DNA of 57,965 nucleotides, from the IMG/VR virus record IMGVR_UViG_3300028398_000001, positions 1-57,965 of that record; one strand, written 5' to 3'. Every line of letters begins with the position of its first letter. The first letter of the stretch is position 1. The DNA is from a virus (lineage: Duplodnaviria > Caudoviricetes). Position numbers and translations under genes: made by a program. Below, in pieces: positions 36,138 to 47,488 of the stretch. The notes beneath the pieces are model-generated. The model ran no database searches. It was given only the letters and a program-made list of their open reading frames with translations, and had not been told where the DNA came from.

Positions 36138-39100
36138 ACCATACCTTTCGCTTTTTTCATTTCTAATGAAAGTTTATAAGCTTTATGATATATTTCAAGT
36201 AAATCTTTTTTACTAAATTGCCCTTTCCTTAACATTACTTTGTTAAACCATTCATTGTATTTTTTAATTCTATATCTATCTTCTTCAGATATAGTTTGCA
36301 AAAACTTTGGTATTTCTGCTTTTTTTAATCTTGTAAGAGGGTTCATCTTTAAAATAGATTTATTTATAGTTTTTAAAGTTCCACCATATAGATAATACAT
36401 AGCCAGAAAATGAATAGCTTTATTTTTATCACCATACTGAATAGCTCTTTTATAATAAAATGCATATATTGATTTTTGTGTTCTATAGATAGATAGCTTA
36501 TCTTGATTTGTTGTATTTAAATAATTATCAATGAGCTTGTTTATAATGGTATAATTTACTGAATTTAAATCAGTTGTATAAAAAACACTACTTTCTACTG
36601 ATGATAATATTCCTTTTATTAAACCACGCTCTCTTTCAGGATGAGGTTCTCCAGAGAATAATATTTTATAAGGTAATCCTAAACCATATAGCTGTAAGAA
36701 ATGTCCAATTTTATCTCTAATAATTCTTGGTTTATCTGCGTCTGGATATAAAGTTATTCCAGCTATGTCCTCAATTATAGTTTTTTGTATAGGCATAGAA
36801 GAATTTATAATTTTGCTAACAGCATGCATAGGCATTTCTTTAATAAATTCATACCCAGATTTTCTTCCTTTAAGGAAGTCTAAAAATCCTCCAAAGTAAA
36901 ACCAATCAAGAGCATCACTTAAAGCACCTTGTAATCTCATAGTTCTAACTGTTCCATCTTTATCAACACCTAATATTAAATGTAATTGACCTTCATCAGA
37001 ATTATTAACTGTATCTGAAATTTGAGGGAAGAACATAAAATTAAACATATTGATAGCTGTATATAGAAATGCCATTCTAAATACTAAAGAACCTATAGCA
37101 TAAGGCTTATATAACTTCCTTGTTTCATACATATGTCTAAATAACTTAAAGTATCTTGGCATATTTACTTCAATCCAAGACCAGAAAGGTATTAAATTAT
37201 CTCTTATCCATTTACCACTTGAGCTTAAATTACCATAATCTCCAAGCACTTCCCTTGCTAATTTTGCAGCTAACTCATCAACTTTTCCTTTTTCCATAAA
37301 AGCTTTCATTTCTGATAGTTTTAATGGAGAGTGTATATCTTCAAGTTTCATAGTTCTTAATGCTTCTTTATAATATCTATAAGCAGCAAGTCTTAAAATA
37401 CTTTCCCTAAAGTTGTTAAATTTTGTAGATATATTCCACCATTTTTGATATAAACTTGGTTTTAAACCAAGTAAATCTCTAAAATCTTCAAGATTGTTTA
37501 TATGATATACTTCTTCAGAAGTTATATTTGTTCCTAATACCAAATTATCCTCTGCGTCTTTTATTTCATCTATAACTTCTTTAGATAAATTTCTACCTTT
37601 ATTATAATAAAAATCATGTAAATCTTTAAAAGCTTTGCCAGAATATTCAAATAAAATCTTCGGTGCATAGGCTAATACTATATCAACATCAGAAGAAAAG
37701 TTATCTAAAGTATATTTTGGTAGTCTAAATGGACTGAATAATACAAATTTCTTAAATAGAGAAACATTATATCTCATAAATTTTGATATTGGTGAATTCG
37801 ATTGCACTTCTGATATTCTTCTTAAAGCTGCCAATACATCATTATGTATCAAAATTGACTTTTTAAATTTCCTAATTGCAACACTTCTTTGGACTTTACC
37901 TTTTTCTAAAGCATCAATAAGTCCTTCGGAGTTTATACCTTCTAATAATAGCTGACCCATTAAATCATCAGACATAGACCATACAGTATAAAAATGTGGT
38001 ATGTCTTCTATATGTAAGGCAGTATAATCTCTGTATTTTTCTTTAAATCTTGGATGGTGCTTTACTCTATCTAACATCTTATTTACATCTGGAATTATTC
38101 CCTCTTTTATTTTACCACCAGCTTTTACATAATCAGCAATAAGCTCTTTCATAACATCTTCAGAAGCATCCGATAGCCTTTTTATAATACCATCATAGTT
38201 TTTTAGCAAATAAAACTGTGCAAGTGCTTCGTAATCAGAATAGATATAATCAGTAATATATGGCTCTGCACTGTTTACTCTTTCTCTTAATGGGTCTGTT
38301 ATAGGAACTCTACCCATATAAGATGTATGCATTTTTATTTTACCATTGAAGTAAGCAGCAGTTATTCTATGGAAATAATGTGATGGGTCTAAAGCTTCTC
38401 TTTTACCTATATAACCATTTTCATATAAGTAATCTAATAACTCATTATGTATCTTGGCTCTTCTTTTTAATGCAGCTTTTACCTTTTCATTACCATCAAC
38501 TTCCTTTTTAATCTTGTCTCTTAAATAGGCAATATCACTTACATCCTTAAATATACCACCCCACTGCTCATTCATATTATGAAATGTCTGTATTCCATTT
38601 TGAAGATTGTAAAACATATCTTCTATTATTAAATGCTTTTCCATTAAGAACTTATCTTCTGGATTTAAATCTCTTGTAATTTCAGCAAGGGCTCTATAAG
38701 CTTGTGTATGTGCTAATTGTTTAATTGCTATTGCCCTTCTTATTGTTTCAGCATATAGATATAGACCTTTTTTTGTTAATTCAGGTGCTATTCCTCTACC
38801 AAAATCTAATATAAAATCTTTAACTTTTTCCAGGGCTGTTCTTGATTTTTCAATAGCATCTCTTTTTAAATCTGTTTCTGTTCTACCATTGAATTCTATT
38901 ATTCTTTTTTCAAAATTACTTAAATTCTTTTTACTTATCTTAAATCTTACACCAATATTTTTTAATGTATCTATTGCTTCTAAATAGGCTATAAATTTTG
39001 CATTTGGTTTTTGCTCACCAAGTAATATTTTTCTAAACACATCCTTTTCTGTTTTTATACCAAGTTTACTATGTATTTTCAAAATAGCTGCATTTATAAA

Positions 39101-42100
39101 TCTGCTAACTTTAGCAAATAAACTATGTATAATATTATTATCAGCAAACCACTTTTTATTTACAGCAAATAAAGCAAATTCATCTGCAGCTTTTTCATAC
39201 CAAGCTCTTGTATCATTTTTACCATATTTTTTATTCAAGTAATCTTTCAATACTCTTAAGTCTTCTTCTGGTATTAAACCAAGCTCATCAAGGGTATGAA
39301 ATATCTCGTGATAGAAAGTAGTTCCAAGTTCTTTTAAATTTTTATCTGACATTAGAATTATAGCAGAAACTGCTTTTTTATCTAATAAGGTTGCTCCTTC
39401 TAATCTCTTTTTCATTAAATCCAATAGCTGACTATCAGTCAAATGGAAAGCAAATATTTTATAACCCTGCAGAAGGGCTTTTTCTACCATCTTTCTTCCA
39501 CCTAAATCTTCTAATGTAAGCTTATCAATGGATTTTACTTTTACCCTTTTAGCTATATCTTTTCCTAACAGCTGCTCAACTGCTTTATTTACATTTATTC
39601 CAAAATGTTTTTTCAATAAGTAATGAATACTATCTTCACCATATTTCAAATCTTCGTATATTTTCTTTTCATTATCATTTAGTTTTAATCTCAATAGTTT
39701 TTCTTTGAATTTTTCACCCCCATCAGTTAGAGCTCTCATATGCCACCAGCTTAATATCTTTAGTGAGGATTTCATATTATCAACTGAAATTCCTTTAGAA
39801 ACCTGCTCTTTTCTTGCTTCGTATAATTCAGTTATCTCATCTCTAAATTCAGGGTCTTCTTTAATATCTTTAATTTGATTTGGTTTAAATCCAGCATTTT
39901 CTAAATAGCTATCCAAAGTCTTTAAAACAGCTGGACTTAATTCAGGTGGAGGCTCAACATAAAAAACTAATCCTTGTTTTTTATTTCCCTTTACTATGGA
40001 TTTTTCTGATTTAGCTATAAATGTTCCCTTTTCATAAGTTATATTAACTTCATCTTTTGCTAATAGGTCATATCCTAAATCAACATTTGATAGATGGTTT
40101 AATATTTCATTTATTTCTTCTGGTGTATATTCTTTTGCTTTTTCTTCAATTTGTTTTTTATCTATGGCTTCATTAAGTTCCTCTGGAGTTTTAGGAATAA
40201 CAACATCTTTATCTTCTATTTTTGGCTCTGGTTCTTTAAAATCATGTAAACCAAAAGCAGCAATTGGTTCATCGTTATGATAGAGAGCTAAAATACCTGT
40301 ATCTAATAATTTCATTTTATTAGCTTGTGGTCTGGCTATTTCAAAATACTTTCCATCAACTTTAAAGCTATAGCCCTTTTCAGTATCAAATTTATAGAAT
40401 TTGCCATCTTTTCCTTTAAAGTTTATTTTAGTATCAAGTGTTTTATTTGAGTTTAATAAATCTTTGAAACTCTTATCAAAACTTCCACCAAGTGGTTTTA
40501 TATCTTTCATTAATTTCTTATGATAAATAGATTGACTTTTTCTATCATACAAATATCCATCTGTGGTTTCTAAAATATTTTGTCTATAGGATATAGACTT
40601 CATACTACTTTTGCCAGATTTTAATCTATGCTCCTTTGGTATTTCTATTCTATCTTTTAATGGTTTTAATTTAGATATTGGTTTTGATACTGTCTTTATA
40701 TTATATGTATCCCCTAATATTGTAGGAACAGCAGCTCCAATATACTTGTTATCTTTTTTAATATAGATTAATGAAGAATTAGCATTGCTATCAATTTCTA
40801 ATGAGAAATTCTTAACCCTGGATTTTATAGTTTTTAGAGCTTGTTTTGAAATACCTATTTCTTTACCATCTTCACTTCGTAATACTAAAATATTTGGATT
40901 TTCTTTTACTTCACCTATTATACCTGTAATCTTTGAAGCCTTTTCTGGTTTCAATTCCAAATTCTGACCAATAGATTTTGGTTTTATTCCTTTAAAGAAA
41001 TCCTTATGTAAAGCTATAGTTCTATCTGTATTTACTACTAATCCATTGTCAGTAATTTCTGGCTCTTTATCAAACTTTGCAGATTTAATATTTTTTAAAT
41101 CAAGCTTATCAATAGGAGTTATTTCTTCAGAATTTTTAGTTTCTGGTAAAGGTTGCTCTGTAGCTACATTATTTTTTATTTCTGGTTCAGGTTGTTTTAC
41201 AGGTTTTTCATTTATAATCTCTTTTGCAATATTTAACTTATCAGTGAAATTGATTGCACTTTTTGGAGCAGGTAAATTAGCTTTTTCCTTAACTGCAGGC
41301 AGATTTTCTTCAATCCCTTTGTTTTCAATTGCTGGATATTTTTCCCCTTTATCTTCAATAGCCTTTTGTTTAAATCCTAATTTTTCTTCTTCCTTATCAA
41401 GTTTCTGTTTTAATATAGAAGTAATTTTTGCTTTAAGTTCTTCTCTCTTTTTAATATCCTTTATAGTTTTTGGCAGTGCTTCTAACAATGCTTTTGCTTT
41501 AATTACATTACCAAGTAATTTATTGTCATTTCTTGAAGAAGTTAATTTATCTATATCATCAAGTATTGGTTTAACCTTATCCTTTGATATTTTAGATTTG
41601 GTAATTAGTTTATTGGCTTCCTTAAGTATTAAATCATTAGCTGATTGTTTTATATCATTTATAGCCTCACCTATATTCTTGTTCTTTGGAGCTTGCTCTT
41701 TTAGCTGCAAACCTTTTTCTATGAATGTATCTATATTATCAACAGTTATTTTGGGTATAGTGTTTTTATTTGGCATACCTAAAATAACAGCTGTTGCCAT
41801 TTTCTTTGAATAATCTTCTGGCTTTATATTGCTACCATATTTTTCTAAAATATCTAAATCATCATAGCCTGCTGTGTTCAAAACTTTTATAGCTTTTTTT
41901 GGTTCTTTCTTTATTAAATCAGAATATAGACCTTTATCAAATGCAGTTTTAATAGCAGTGATATGTCTAAAATCATCCTTCTTTGGAGTGGATAGTAATT
42001 TATCTTTGTATTCATTTAATACTTCTTCAGGATTATAAGGCTGTTCATATTTTGTTTCTTTTATGTTATTTGTAGGAACTGGCAGATTTTCTGTAATAGG

Positions 42101-43144
42101 TATATATTCTTCTGGTTTAGTTTGCAGTTCTTCTTTAAATGCTTCTTTGAGTTTTGTATTATCTATAGGTTTTTGAGTTTTGCTTAAAGCTCCTGTTAAA
42201 GCACCAAGTAATCCACCAAGTGCTGCTGTATGACCAATATCCTTTGCTGATATAGGTTGATTTGAACCATATTCACTGGTAGCAGTTGCAGTTCCTAATA
42301 TTAATGATTGTTCTATACCTTGTTTTAATGAATTAATTGCTGGAGAGGCTGCAATTTTTGAAGCAGTATCAGATGAAAATACTAATTTAGCTATGCTATC
42401 AGCAATAGGTTTAGTTTCAGGATTTAAAGCTTTTAAAGCTTCAAATGGAGAAGCAGTGTATAAAGCTCCTATTAAAGCACCCCCCACTAATGCTTTTAAA
42501 GGATGTTTCTCTCCACCAGCTTCATATTCTCTTTCAACTTCTGGTGCTGTAATTTGAGTAAAAGCACCTATAGTTTCTGGTTTAATTAATGACTTTGCAG
42601 CTGTTTCAGCAGCAGTTTTTTCTATTTCTTTTTTGGCTAAACCTTCAGCTAATTTATCAACAGCAGCTTTTGCTATTTTTCCTTCAGTTCCACCAAGTGC
42701 TGTTTCCAATAAAAATTCTGCCAGACTTCCTGCCATTCTTGCACCTGAATGTGCAGCTTGGCTTAAATTCTTTGCTTCAAAAATATCAGAAGGAGTTTCT
42801 GGATTTGAATACTCTTGAGCTTGCTGTCTCCATTGTTGTGCTCTTTGTTTAAAATAATCACTACCTGTTAATCTTCCAACTAATGTATCTAATAATGCCA
42901 TAGTATCAGAGCCAGCTTCAACAAATGAGGATGTAAATTCTTTACCTAAACTTGGATGACTTTCACCATAGACTATGGCATTTGTTATTAAATTAGGACT
43001 TATACCCTTATCTAAAAGAGCCTGTATATTCTTACCTTTATCAGGATTTTTATTTACATAATCTTGTAGGAATTCTTCAGGTGTTATCTTCTGATTTTGT
43101 AAATCTTGTATCTTTTGTTTATAAATGTCATATTTAACTGACAT
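36134..43144 (-). CDS. Giant internal virion/ejection protein with zincin HExxH motif
   Basis: 2336 aa; A/G-rich N-terminus, YHEIFH...EKAADEFA, C-terminal GDYG..IPFWSW region. Confidence 0.7.
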   Translation of the reverse strand: MSVKYDIYKQKIQDLQNQKITPEEFLQDYVNKNPDKGKNIQALLDKGISPNLITNAIVYGESHPSLGKEFTSSFVEAGSDTMALLDTLVGRLTGSDYFKQRAQQWRQQAQEYSNPETPSDIFEAKNLSQAAHSGARMAGSLAEFLLETALGGTEGKIAKAAVDKLAEGLAKKEIEKTAAETAAKSLIKPETIGAFTQITAPEVEREYEAGGEKHPLKALVGGALIGALYTASPFEALKALNPETKPIADSIAKLVFSSDTASKIAASPAINSLKQGIEQSLILGTATATSEYGSNQPISAKDIGHTAALGGLLGALTGALSKTQKPIDNTKLKEAFKEELQTKPEEYIPITENLPVPTNNIKETKYEQPYNPEEVLNEYKDKLLSTPKKDDFRHITAIKTAFDKGLYSDLIKKEPKKAIKVLNTAGYDDLDILEKYGSNIKPEDYSKKMATAVILGMPNKNTIPKITVDNIDTFIEKGLQLKEQAPKNKNIGEAINDIKQSANDLILKEANKLITKSKISKDKVKPILDDIDKLTSSRNDNKLLGNVIKAKALLEALPKTIKDIKKREELKAKITSILKQKLDKEEEKLGFKQKAIEDKGEKYPAIENKGIEENLPAVKEKANLPAPKSAINFTDKLNIAKEIINEKPVKQPEPEIKNNVATEQPLPETKNSEEITPIDKLDLKNIKSAKFDKEPEITDNGLVVNTDRTIALHKDFFKGIKPKSIGQNLELKPEKASKITGIIGEVKENPNILVLRSEDGKEIGISKQALKTIKSRVKNFSLEIDSNANSSLIYIKKDNKYIGAAVPTILGDTYNIKTVSKPISKLKPLKDRIEIPKEHRLKSGKSSMKSISYRQNILETTDGYLYDRKSQSIYHKKLMKDIKPLGGSFDKSFKDLLNSNKTLDTKINFKGKDGKFYKFDTEKGYSFKVDGKYFEIARPQANKMKLLDTGILALYHNDEPIAAFGLHDFKEPEPKIEDKDVVIPKTPEELNEAIDKKQIEEKAKEYTPEEINEILNHLSNVDLGYDLLAKDEVNITYEKGTFIAKSEKSIVKGNKKQGLVFYVEPPPELSPAVLKTLDSYLENAGFKPNQIKDIKEDPEFRDEITELYEARKEQVSKGISVDNMKSSLKILSWWHMRALTDGGEKFKEKLLRLKLNDNEKKIYEDLKYGEDSIHYLLKKHFGINVNKAVEQLLGKDIAKRVKVKSIDKLTLEDLGGRKMVEKALLQGYKIFAFHLTDSQLLDLMKKRLEGATLLDKKAVSAIILMSDKNLKELGTTFYHEIFHTLDELGLIPEEDLRVLKDYLNKKYGKNDTRAWYEKAADEFALFAVNKKWFADNNIIHSLFAKVSRFINAAILKIHSKLGIKTEKDVFRKILLGEQKPNAKFIAYLEAIDTLKNIGVRFKISKKNLSNFEKRIIEFNGRTETDLKRDAIEKSRTALEKVKDFILDFGRGIAPELTKKGLYLYAETIRRAIAIKQLAHTQAYRALAEITRDLNPEDKFLMEKHLIIEDMFYNLQNGIQTFHNMNEQWGGIFKDVSDIAYLRDKIKKEVDGNEKVKAALKRRAKIHNELLDYLYENGYIGKREALDPSHYFHRITAAYFNGKIKMHTSYMGRVPITDPLRERVNSAEPYITDYIYSDYEALAQFYLLKNYDGIIKRLSDASEDVMKELIADYVKAGGKIKEGIIPDVNKMLDRVKHHPRFKEKYRDYTALHIEDIPHFYTVWSMSDDLMGQLLLEGINSEGLIDALEKGKVQRSVAIRKFKKSILIHNDVLAALRRISEVQSNSPISKFMRYNVSLFKKFVLFSPFRLPKYTLDNFSSDVDIVLAYAPKILFEYSGKAFKDLHDFYYNKGRNLSKEVIDEIKDAEDNLVLGTNITSEEVYHINNLEDFRDLLGLKPSLYQKWWNISTKFNNFRESILRLAAYRYYKEALRTMKLEDIHSPLKLSEMKAFMEKGKVDELAAKLAREVLGDYGNLSSSGKWIRDNLIPFWSWIEVNMPRYFKLFRHMYETRKLYKPYAIGSLVFRMAFLYTAINMFNFMFFPQISDTVNNSDEGQLHLILGVDKDGTVRTMRLQGALSDALDWFYFGGFLDFLKGRKSGYEFIKEMPMHAVSKIINSSMPIQKTIIEDIAGITLYPDADKPRIIRDKIGHFLQLYGLGLPYKILFSGEPHPERERGLIKGILSSVESSVFYTTDLNSVNYTIINKLIDNYLNTTNQDKLSIYRTQKSIYAFYYKRAIQYGDKNKAIHFLAMYYLYGGTLKTINKSILKMNPLTRLKKAEIPKFLQTISEEDRYRIKKYNEWFNKVMLRKGQFSKKDLLEIYHKAYKLSLEMKKAKGMV

Positions 43145-43146
43145 AT

Positions 43147-43977
43147 TTACTTACCACCATTTATAGCCTTATAGATATTGTTTAATGTATTTTCATCAAT
43201 TGGTGTTATATTATTTGTATTGGTTTCATTTAATTGCTTGGCTATATTAGGAAATAGTATTTCCATAAGCTTGCTGATTTTATCAGTATCAGGTTGACCT
43301 GTAGCTGGGTCTATTAAAGTTTTAGATAATGTTCCTAATAAGGATACTCTATTTTTAAAATCTGAATTAGATGGCTTTGAATATCTTATGCTATTATCTA
43401 TCTTTGACATATTTAGCAATCCACCAATAAGTGAATTTAGTTCATTTGCCCTAAACTTATTATATGTTTTATGAGAAGCATTATAATTAAGTCTATCAAT
43501 TAAACTTGAATAAAAACTACCTAATCCAGCCACAAAGGGATTAAATTGAGCTAATCTATTAAATGCATTTTCTAACCCTGTAGTATCTATTGGTGGTGGA
43601 TTATTTCTTTGTATTAAATTATAATTTATATAATTTGCTAACTTATCAATAGTATTTAAATAATTATTCTCTATTTGTTCTGTAGGAGTTTCATTGTATT
43701 TCTTAACTGCATATTTCTTTCCATTAAATTCTATGTAACCTGCATTACCTGAATTGGTTGGTTGCATTTTAGGTTTAGGTTCAGGTTTATTAGTGTTAAA
43801 ATTTAATTTTACTAATGGTGCTTTATTAGTATTTGATATATCAATTTTAGGTTTAGCACCTATAACTGCAGGTTTTGTATTGGTATTTGGGACTGTTTCT
43901 GGAAAGTTACCTTTAACTACTTTCTTCTTTTTATTGGGATTTAGATAATCCATTAAAGTATTTAAAATACCTTCCAT
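43147..43977 (-). CDS. Probable internal virion protein
   Basis: N/P-rich low complexity; precedes the giant protein. Confidence 0.5.
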   Translation of the reverse strand: MEGILNTLMDYLNPNKKKKVVKGNFPETVPNTNTKPAVIGAKPKIDISNTNKAPLVKLNFNTNKPEPKPKMQPTNSGNAGYIEFNGKKYAVKKYNETPTEQIENNYLNTIDKLANYINYNLIQRNNPPPIDTTGLENAFNRLAQFNPFVAGLGSFYSSLIDRLNYNASHKTYNKFRANELNSLIGGLLNMSKIDNSIRYSKPSNSDFKNRVSLLGTLSKTLIDPATGQPDTDKISKLMEILFPNIAKQLNETNTNNITPIDENTLNNIYKAINGGK

Positions 43978-45797
43978 TATTGTCCCTCACTTTCTATAAT
44001 TTTTTCAACTTGTGATACAGCGGCATTTAAACCTGCTAAAGCAGAAGAAGCTAATGCAGCATAAATCTGACCACCACTTTCTGCAGCTCTCTCTGCTATT
44101 TTAGAATTTTCAATCATAGCAGTTATATTAGCTTTAGCAGTCTCTAAATCAATAAGTGCCTGTGATTTTTGCTGCTCTAACAATAGCTCTTTTGATTTTA
44201 TATCAATAAATGCTTTGTTCTTCTCTATATCTGCTTTTAGATTTTCTAATGAAAAATATGATTTAGAGGCTTCTGTTAATCCTATGATTTTACTCTTATT
44301 TATATCTGCCACAGTTTTATCTTTTTCCAATTTAGCCATATATTTATCTATTTCAAATTTATTTTTTTGAATGGCAGCATCTATTTCTTTCATTCTTATG
44401 TCAAGAGCAGTTTTCTTTAACTGATTTTTATTTTCAATAGCTGCAGCTTTTGCTTTATAGGCATCTATTTTAGCCCTAAAGGCATTTACCTTTGCAAGAT
44501 ATACATCAACTTTTTTAAGAGATGCATTTAATTTGGAAACTTGACCTTCTATCAAAGTTCTATATGCCAGTATTCTATTTGCATTATTTTGGCTTACCAT
44601 ATTTAAAGCTTCAATTTTAGATTTATAAATATCTATTTTAGACTTTACTGCTTCTATTTGTGATAGATAAACTTTTATAAGATTATCATTTAGGGATGAT
44701 GTAGCATTAAGAGCTTCTATTTGTGATTTAAACATTTCTAATTTCTGTAAATTAGATTTCAGTTTTATATCAAATAGATTTATCTTCTCTTGAGCAGCTT
44801 TTATTAAAGTATTGTATTCAATTACTTTCATATTATAAATACTAATTCCACTCTCAACTAAATATTTTGATACTTCAAGTGCTCTATTATAATACTCTGA
44901 ATAATATTGCATTCTTGATTTTTCTAAATTAATACCACTGTTAATGGCATTGTTTATATTTTCCCTTCTAATTTTAGCTTCCTCTATGGCTATATCCCTG
45001 GATAAATCCATTCTTTTGTTTTCCCAGTCTTTAAGCAAGTTCTCAACTTTTTGGTCTGCAAGTCCATTAGGTAAATCAAATCCTCTTGAAGCCCATAAAT
45101 CTAAAGTTTCATTTATAGTTTGGTGCAATACTTCTAAATCTCTTTCTTTAGACCTATCAAACATTTCTCTTTCTGGTAGAAGTGTTCCACCATCCAAATT
45201 AGTATTTATGGCATCTTCAAGTTTGTTATATAAATTTGAACTGTATTCATTTTCACTATAATCAAAATGTAAATCTGGCAGTATTGCATTAAAGTCTGGT
45301 ATATTAACATCTAAACTTAACATATCTAATGTTGGCATATCTGGAATGTTTATATCTTTCAATGTAGGTATATCAGGTAAATTTACCTGTGGTGCTTGAG
45401 GTATAGGACTTTCATCCAGATGAGGCATATCTGGAAATGAAATATTTGTATTTATATTTTCATTGAATTCAGGTGCATTTTCATTAAAGGTATCTATATC
45501 TTCAGGAGAAAAATCACCTATAGTAGGTAATGGAGAAAAATTAATATTATCAGGAACATCTATATTAAATGAAGAAACTAACTCCTTAATTGAATTAATT
45601 ATATCTTGTAAATTGCCAGTATCCAAATTTGAATTTAATTCAGCACCAGAAACAGATAGTGGTCTTCCACCACTAATATATGGTGCAGATGAATGACTAA
45701 TGTCAACAAGTCTATTTAAATAATCTAATCCATCATTTAGTATATCATTTGCAGTCGATTGCATTGTTGATATTGTTGTTCCAACATCTACATTCAT
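43977..45797 (-). CDS. Coiled-coil virion protein (probable ejection protein)
   Basis: Pro-rich linker, WASRGFDLPNG, long heptad repeats. Confidence 0.6.
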   Translation of the reverse strand: MNVDVGTTISTMQSTANDILNDGLDYLNRLVDISHSSAPYISGGRPLSVSGAELNSNLDTGNLQDIINSIKELVSSFNIDVPDNINFSPLPTIGDFSPEDIDTFNENAPEFNENINTNISFPDMPHLDESPIPQAPQVNLPDIPTLKDINIPDMPTLDMLSLDVNIPDFNAILPDLHFDYSENEYSSNLYNKLEDAINTNLDGGTLLPEREMFDRSKERDLEVLHQTINETLDLWASRGFDLPNGLADQKVENLLKDWENKRMDLSRDIAIEEAKIRRENINNAINSGINLEKSRMQYYSEYYNRALEVSKYLVESGISIYNMKVIEYNTLIKAAQEKINLFDIKLKSNLQKLEMFKSQIEALNATSSLNDNLIKVYLSQIEAVKSKIDIYKSKIEALNMVSQNNANRILAYRTLIEGQVSKLNASLKKVDVYLAKVNAFRAKIDAYKAKAAAIENKNQLKKTALDIRMKEIDAAIQKNKFEIDKYMAKLEKDKTVADINKSKIIGLTEASKSYFSLENLKADIEKNKAFIDIKSKELLLEQQKSQALIDLETAKANITAMIENSKIAERAAESGGQIYAALASSALAGLNAAVSQVEKIIESEGQ

Positions 45798-47480
45798 TTA
45801 CCTTCTCCTTTTATTTATATTATACCCTATAACACTTATATTATCAATTGTTCCCCTTTTTATATAAATACCAAATGAGGCATATCTGCTTTTGATACCC
45901 TTTGGTAATTTTACTCTTGTTTCAAGAAAATCACTATATCTATTACTTTCTAAATCTATACTATTATTATCTATAAGATATTTTACAGCTGTAGTTGTAT
46001 CACCTGAAATAAATAATTCTATAGGTATTGCAATACTATTGCTTCTTATATCTAAAGTTTTTGTTTGTATATAACCTGTTAGATTACTATTACTTTCTAA
46101 TTTAAATGTTCCATCATTATTTGATATAATAGAACCATTATAAAAAACTGATGCTATATTATTTTTTATAAAATTGTATTCAGTTATAGCTAAATTGTAT
46201 TTATTTATAGCAATGGTTTTATCAAAGACTTGGAGATTATCAGCTAAAATAAATCTTGAGTTTATTCTATTCAAAGTAATATTTAATGATGCTGGTTCAA
46301 AAGGACTTAAGTTTGTATTAAATCTAATAGAGGGTGTTCTTAAAGATAAATTGCCAGTATGTCCTAAATTAAGTCTAAATCTACCATTGGGTTGTCTCAT
46401 ACCCAATGCAAGCGATTTCACATTAGACGATAGTAATTTACTACTAAATACTAATCTATTGGTATTTAGTAATAAATCAGCACCTAATGAAGTTAAACTT
46501 TTTGCTTCAAAATCAAAAGTATTTTGTATTCTTCCATATATTGTTAGTCTATTTCCTACATTAACATTAATTATAGAATTTAGTTTTAACTTAATAGTTG
46601 TTTCTAAACTATTTCCACTGGAAAATTTTGCATAGACAGATGGTAGTTTTAAATTAAGTCCTAATGCTACATTTGTCTTTAGTTTTAAAGAGCCTTCTAT
46701 TTTATGTAAATTACCATCTATTGTATCTGAATTACAATATAAATCTAAATTAGATGTTATGCCTTTAGAGAGTGTAGCTTTTAAATTTACAGGAAATCTT
46801 TTTGGTAAGCTTATGTGATATACACCTGTAGCATCTGAAACTACAATTCCATTTTCAAACAGACTTAAATCAAGAGGCTTTTTTAAAAAATGATTTCCAG
46901 CAGAAACCAAAAACTCATAAAAAACAGCATTTTCTTTTATAAATAAGGATATATTATCACTATCATAGTTGGCTACTGCTATAAGGTAATTATTGTATAT
47001 AACAATTCCTTTTGGATTTGATAAAAATCCATTACCAAATTCATATATGTAATTACCTTTTAAATCAAATACTTGAACTCTATTATTACCACTATCTGTT
47101 ACATATAAATATGTTCCATCGTTGGCTATTCCATAAGGATATTTAAATTCACCTGCACCACTTCCATATTTACCAAATTCAAAAACAAAATCACCATCAT
47201 AAGTAAAAGCCTGAATTCGATGGTTATTGCTATCAACTACATATACATACGGAAATATACTGGCTCTAAATCCTATAAAAGTTTTAATCTTATCCCTTAT
47301 TAAAATTGTGGAAGGCTTAAATAATTTTATAGAAGTATATTCACCTATTTTGAATAGGGCTTCTGGTCTATTATTAGGCTGTAATCCAGCAGATAAATGG
47401 TTCTTATGATGAAATTTTCTTACAACACCACCAGTTATTTTTGTTTTTACTATAAAAGCCCAGGGTTGGATTGTTGGCAT
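45798..47480 (-). CDS. Tail-region protein with NHL repeats
   Basis: VYVVDSNNHRIQ, GSGAGEFKYPYGIA, LYVTDSGNNRVQVFD. Confidence 0.8.
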   Translation of the reverse strand: MPTIQPWAFIVKTKITGGVVRKFHHKNHLSAGLQPNNRPEALFKIGEYTSIKLFKPSTILIRDKIKTFIGFRASIFPYVYVVDSNNHRIQAFTYDGDFVFEFGKYGSGAGEFKYPYGIANDGTYLYVTDSGNNRVQVFDLKGNYIYEFGNGFLSNPKGIVIYNNYLIAVANYDSDNISLFIKENAVFYEFLVSAGNHFLKKPLDLSLFENGIVVSDATGVYHISLPKRFPVNLKATLSKGITSNLDLYCNSDTIDGNLHKIEGSLKLKTNVALGLNLKLPSVYAKFSSGNSLETTIKLKLNSIINVNVGNRLTIYGRIQNTFDFEAKSLTSLGADLLLNTNRLVFSSKLLSSNVKSLALGMRQPNGRFRLNLGHTGNLSLRTPSIRFNTNLSPFEPASLNITLNRINSRFILADNLQVFDKTIAINKYNLAITEYNFIKNNIASVFYNGSIISNNDGTFKLESNSNLTGYIQTKTLDIRSNSIAIPIELFISGDTTTAVKYLIDNNSIDLESNRYSDFLETRVKLPKGIKSRYASFGIYIKRGTIDNISVIGYNINKRRR

Positions 47481-47488
47481 TATATTAC

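Noticed and set aside
41046-41813. 255-aa antisense ORF and similar short antisense ORFs elsewhere
   Set aside because: F/S/L-rich mirror of Lys/Glu-rich sense genes; no translation signals
36134-43144. N4-like virion RNA polymerase
   Set aside because: No single-subunit RNA polymerase motifs recognised, despite the N4-gp56-like capsid
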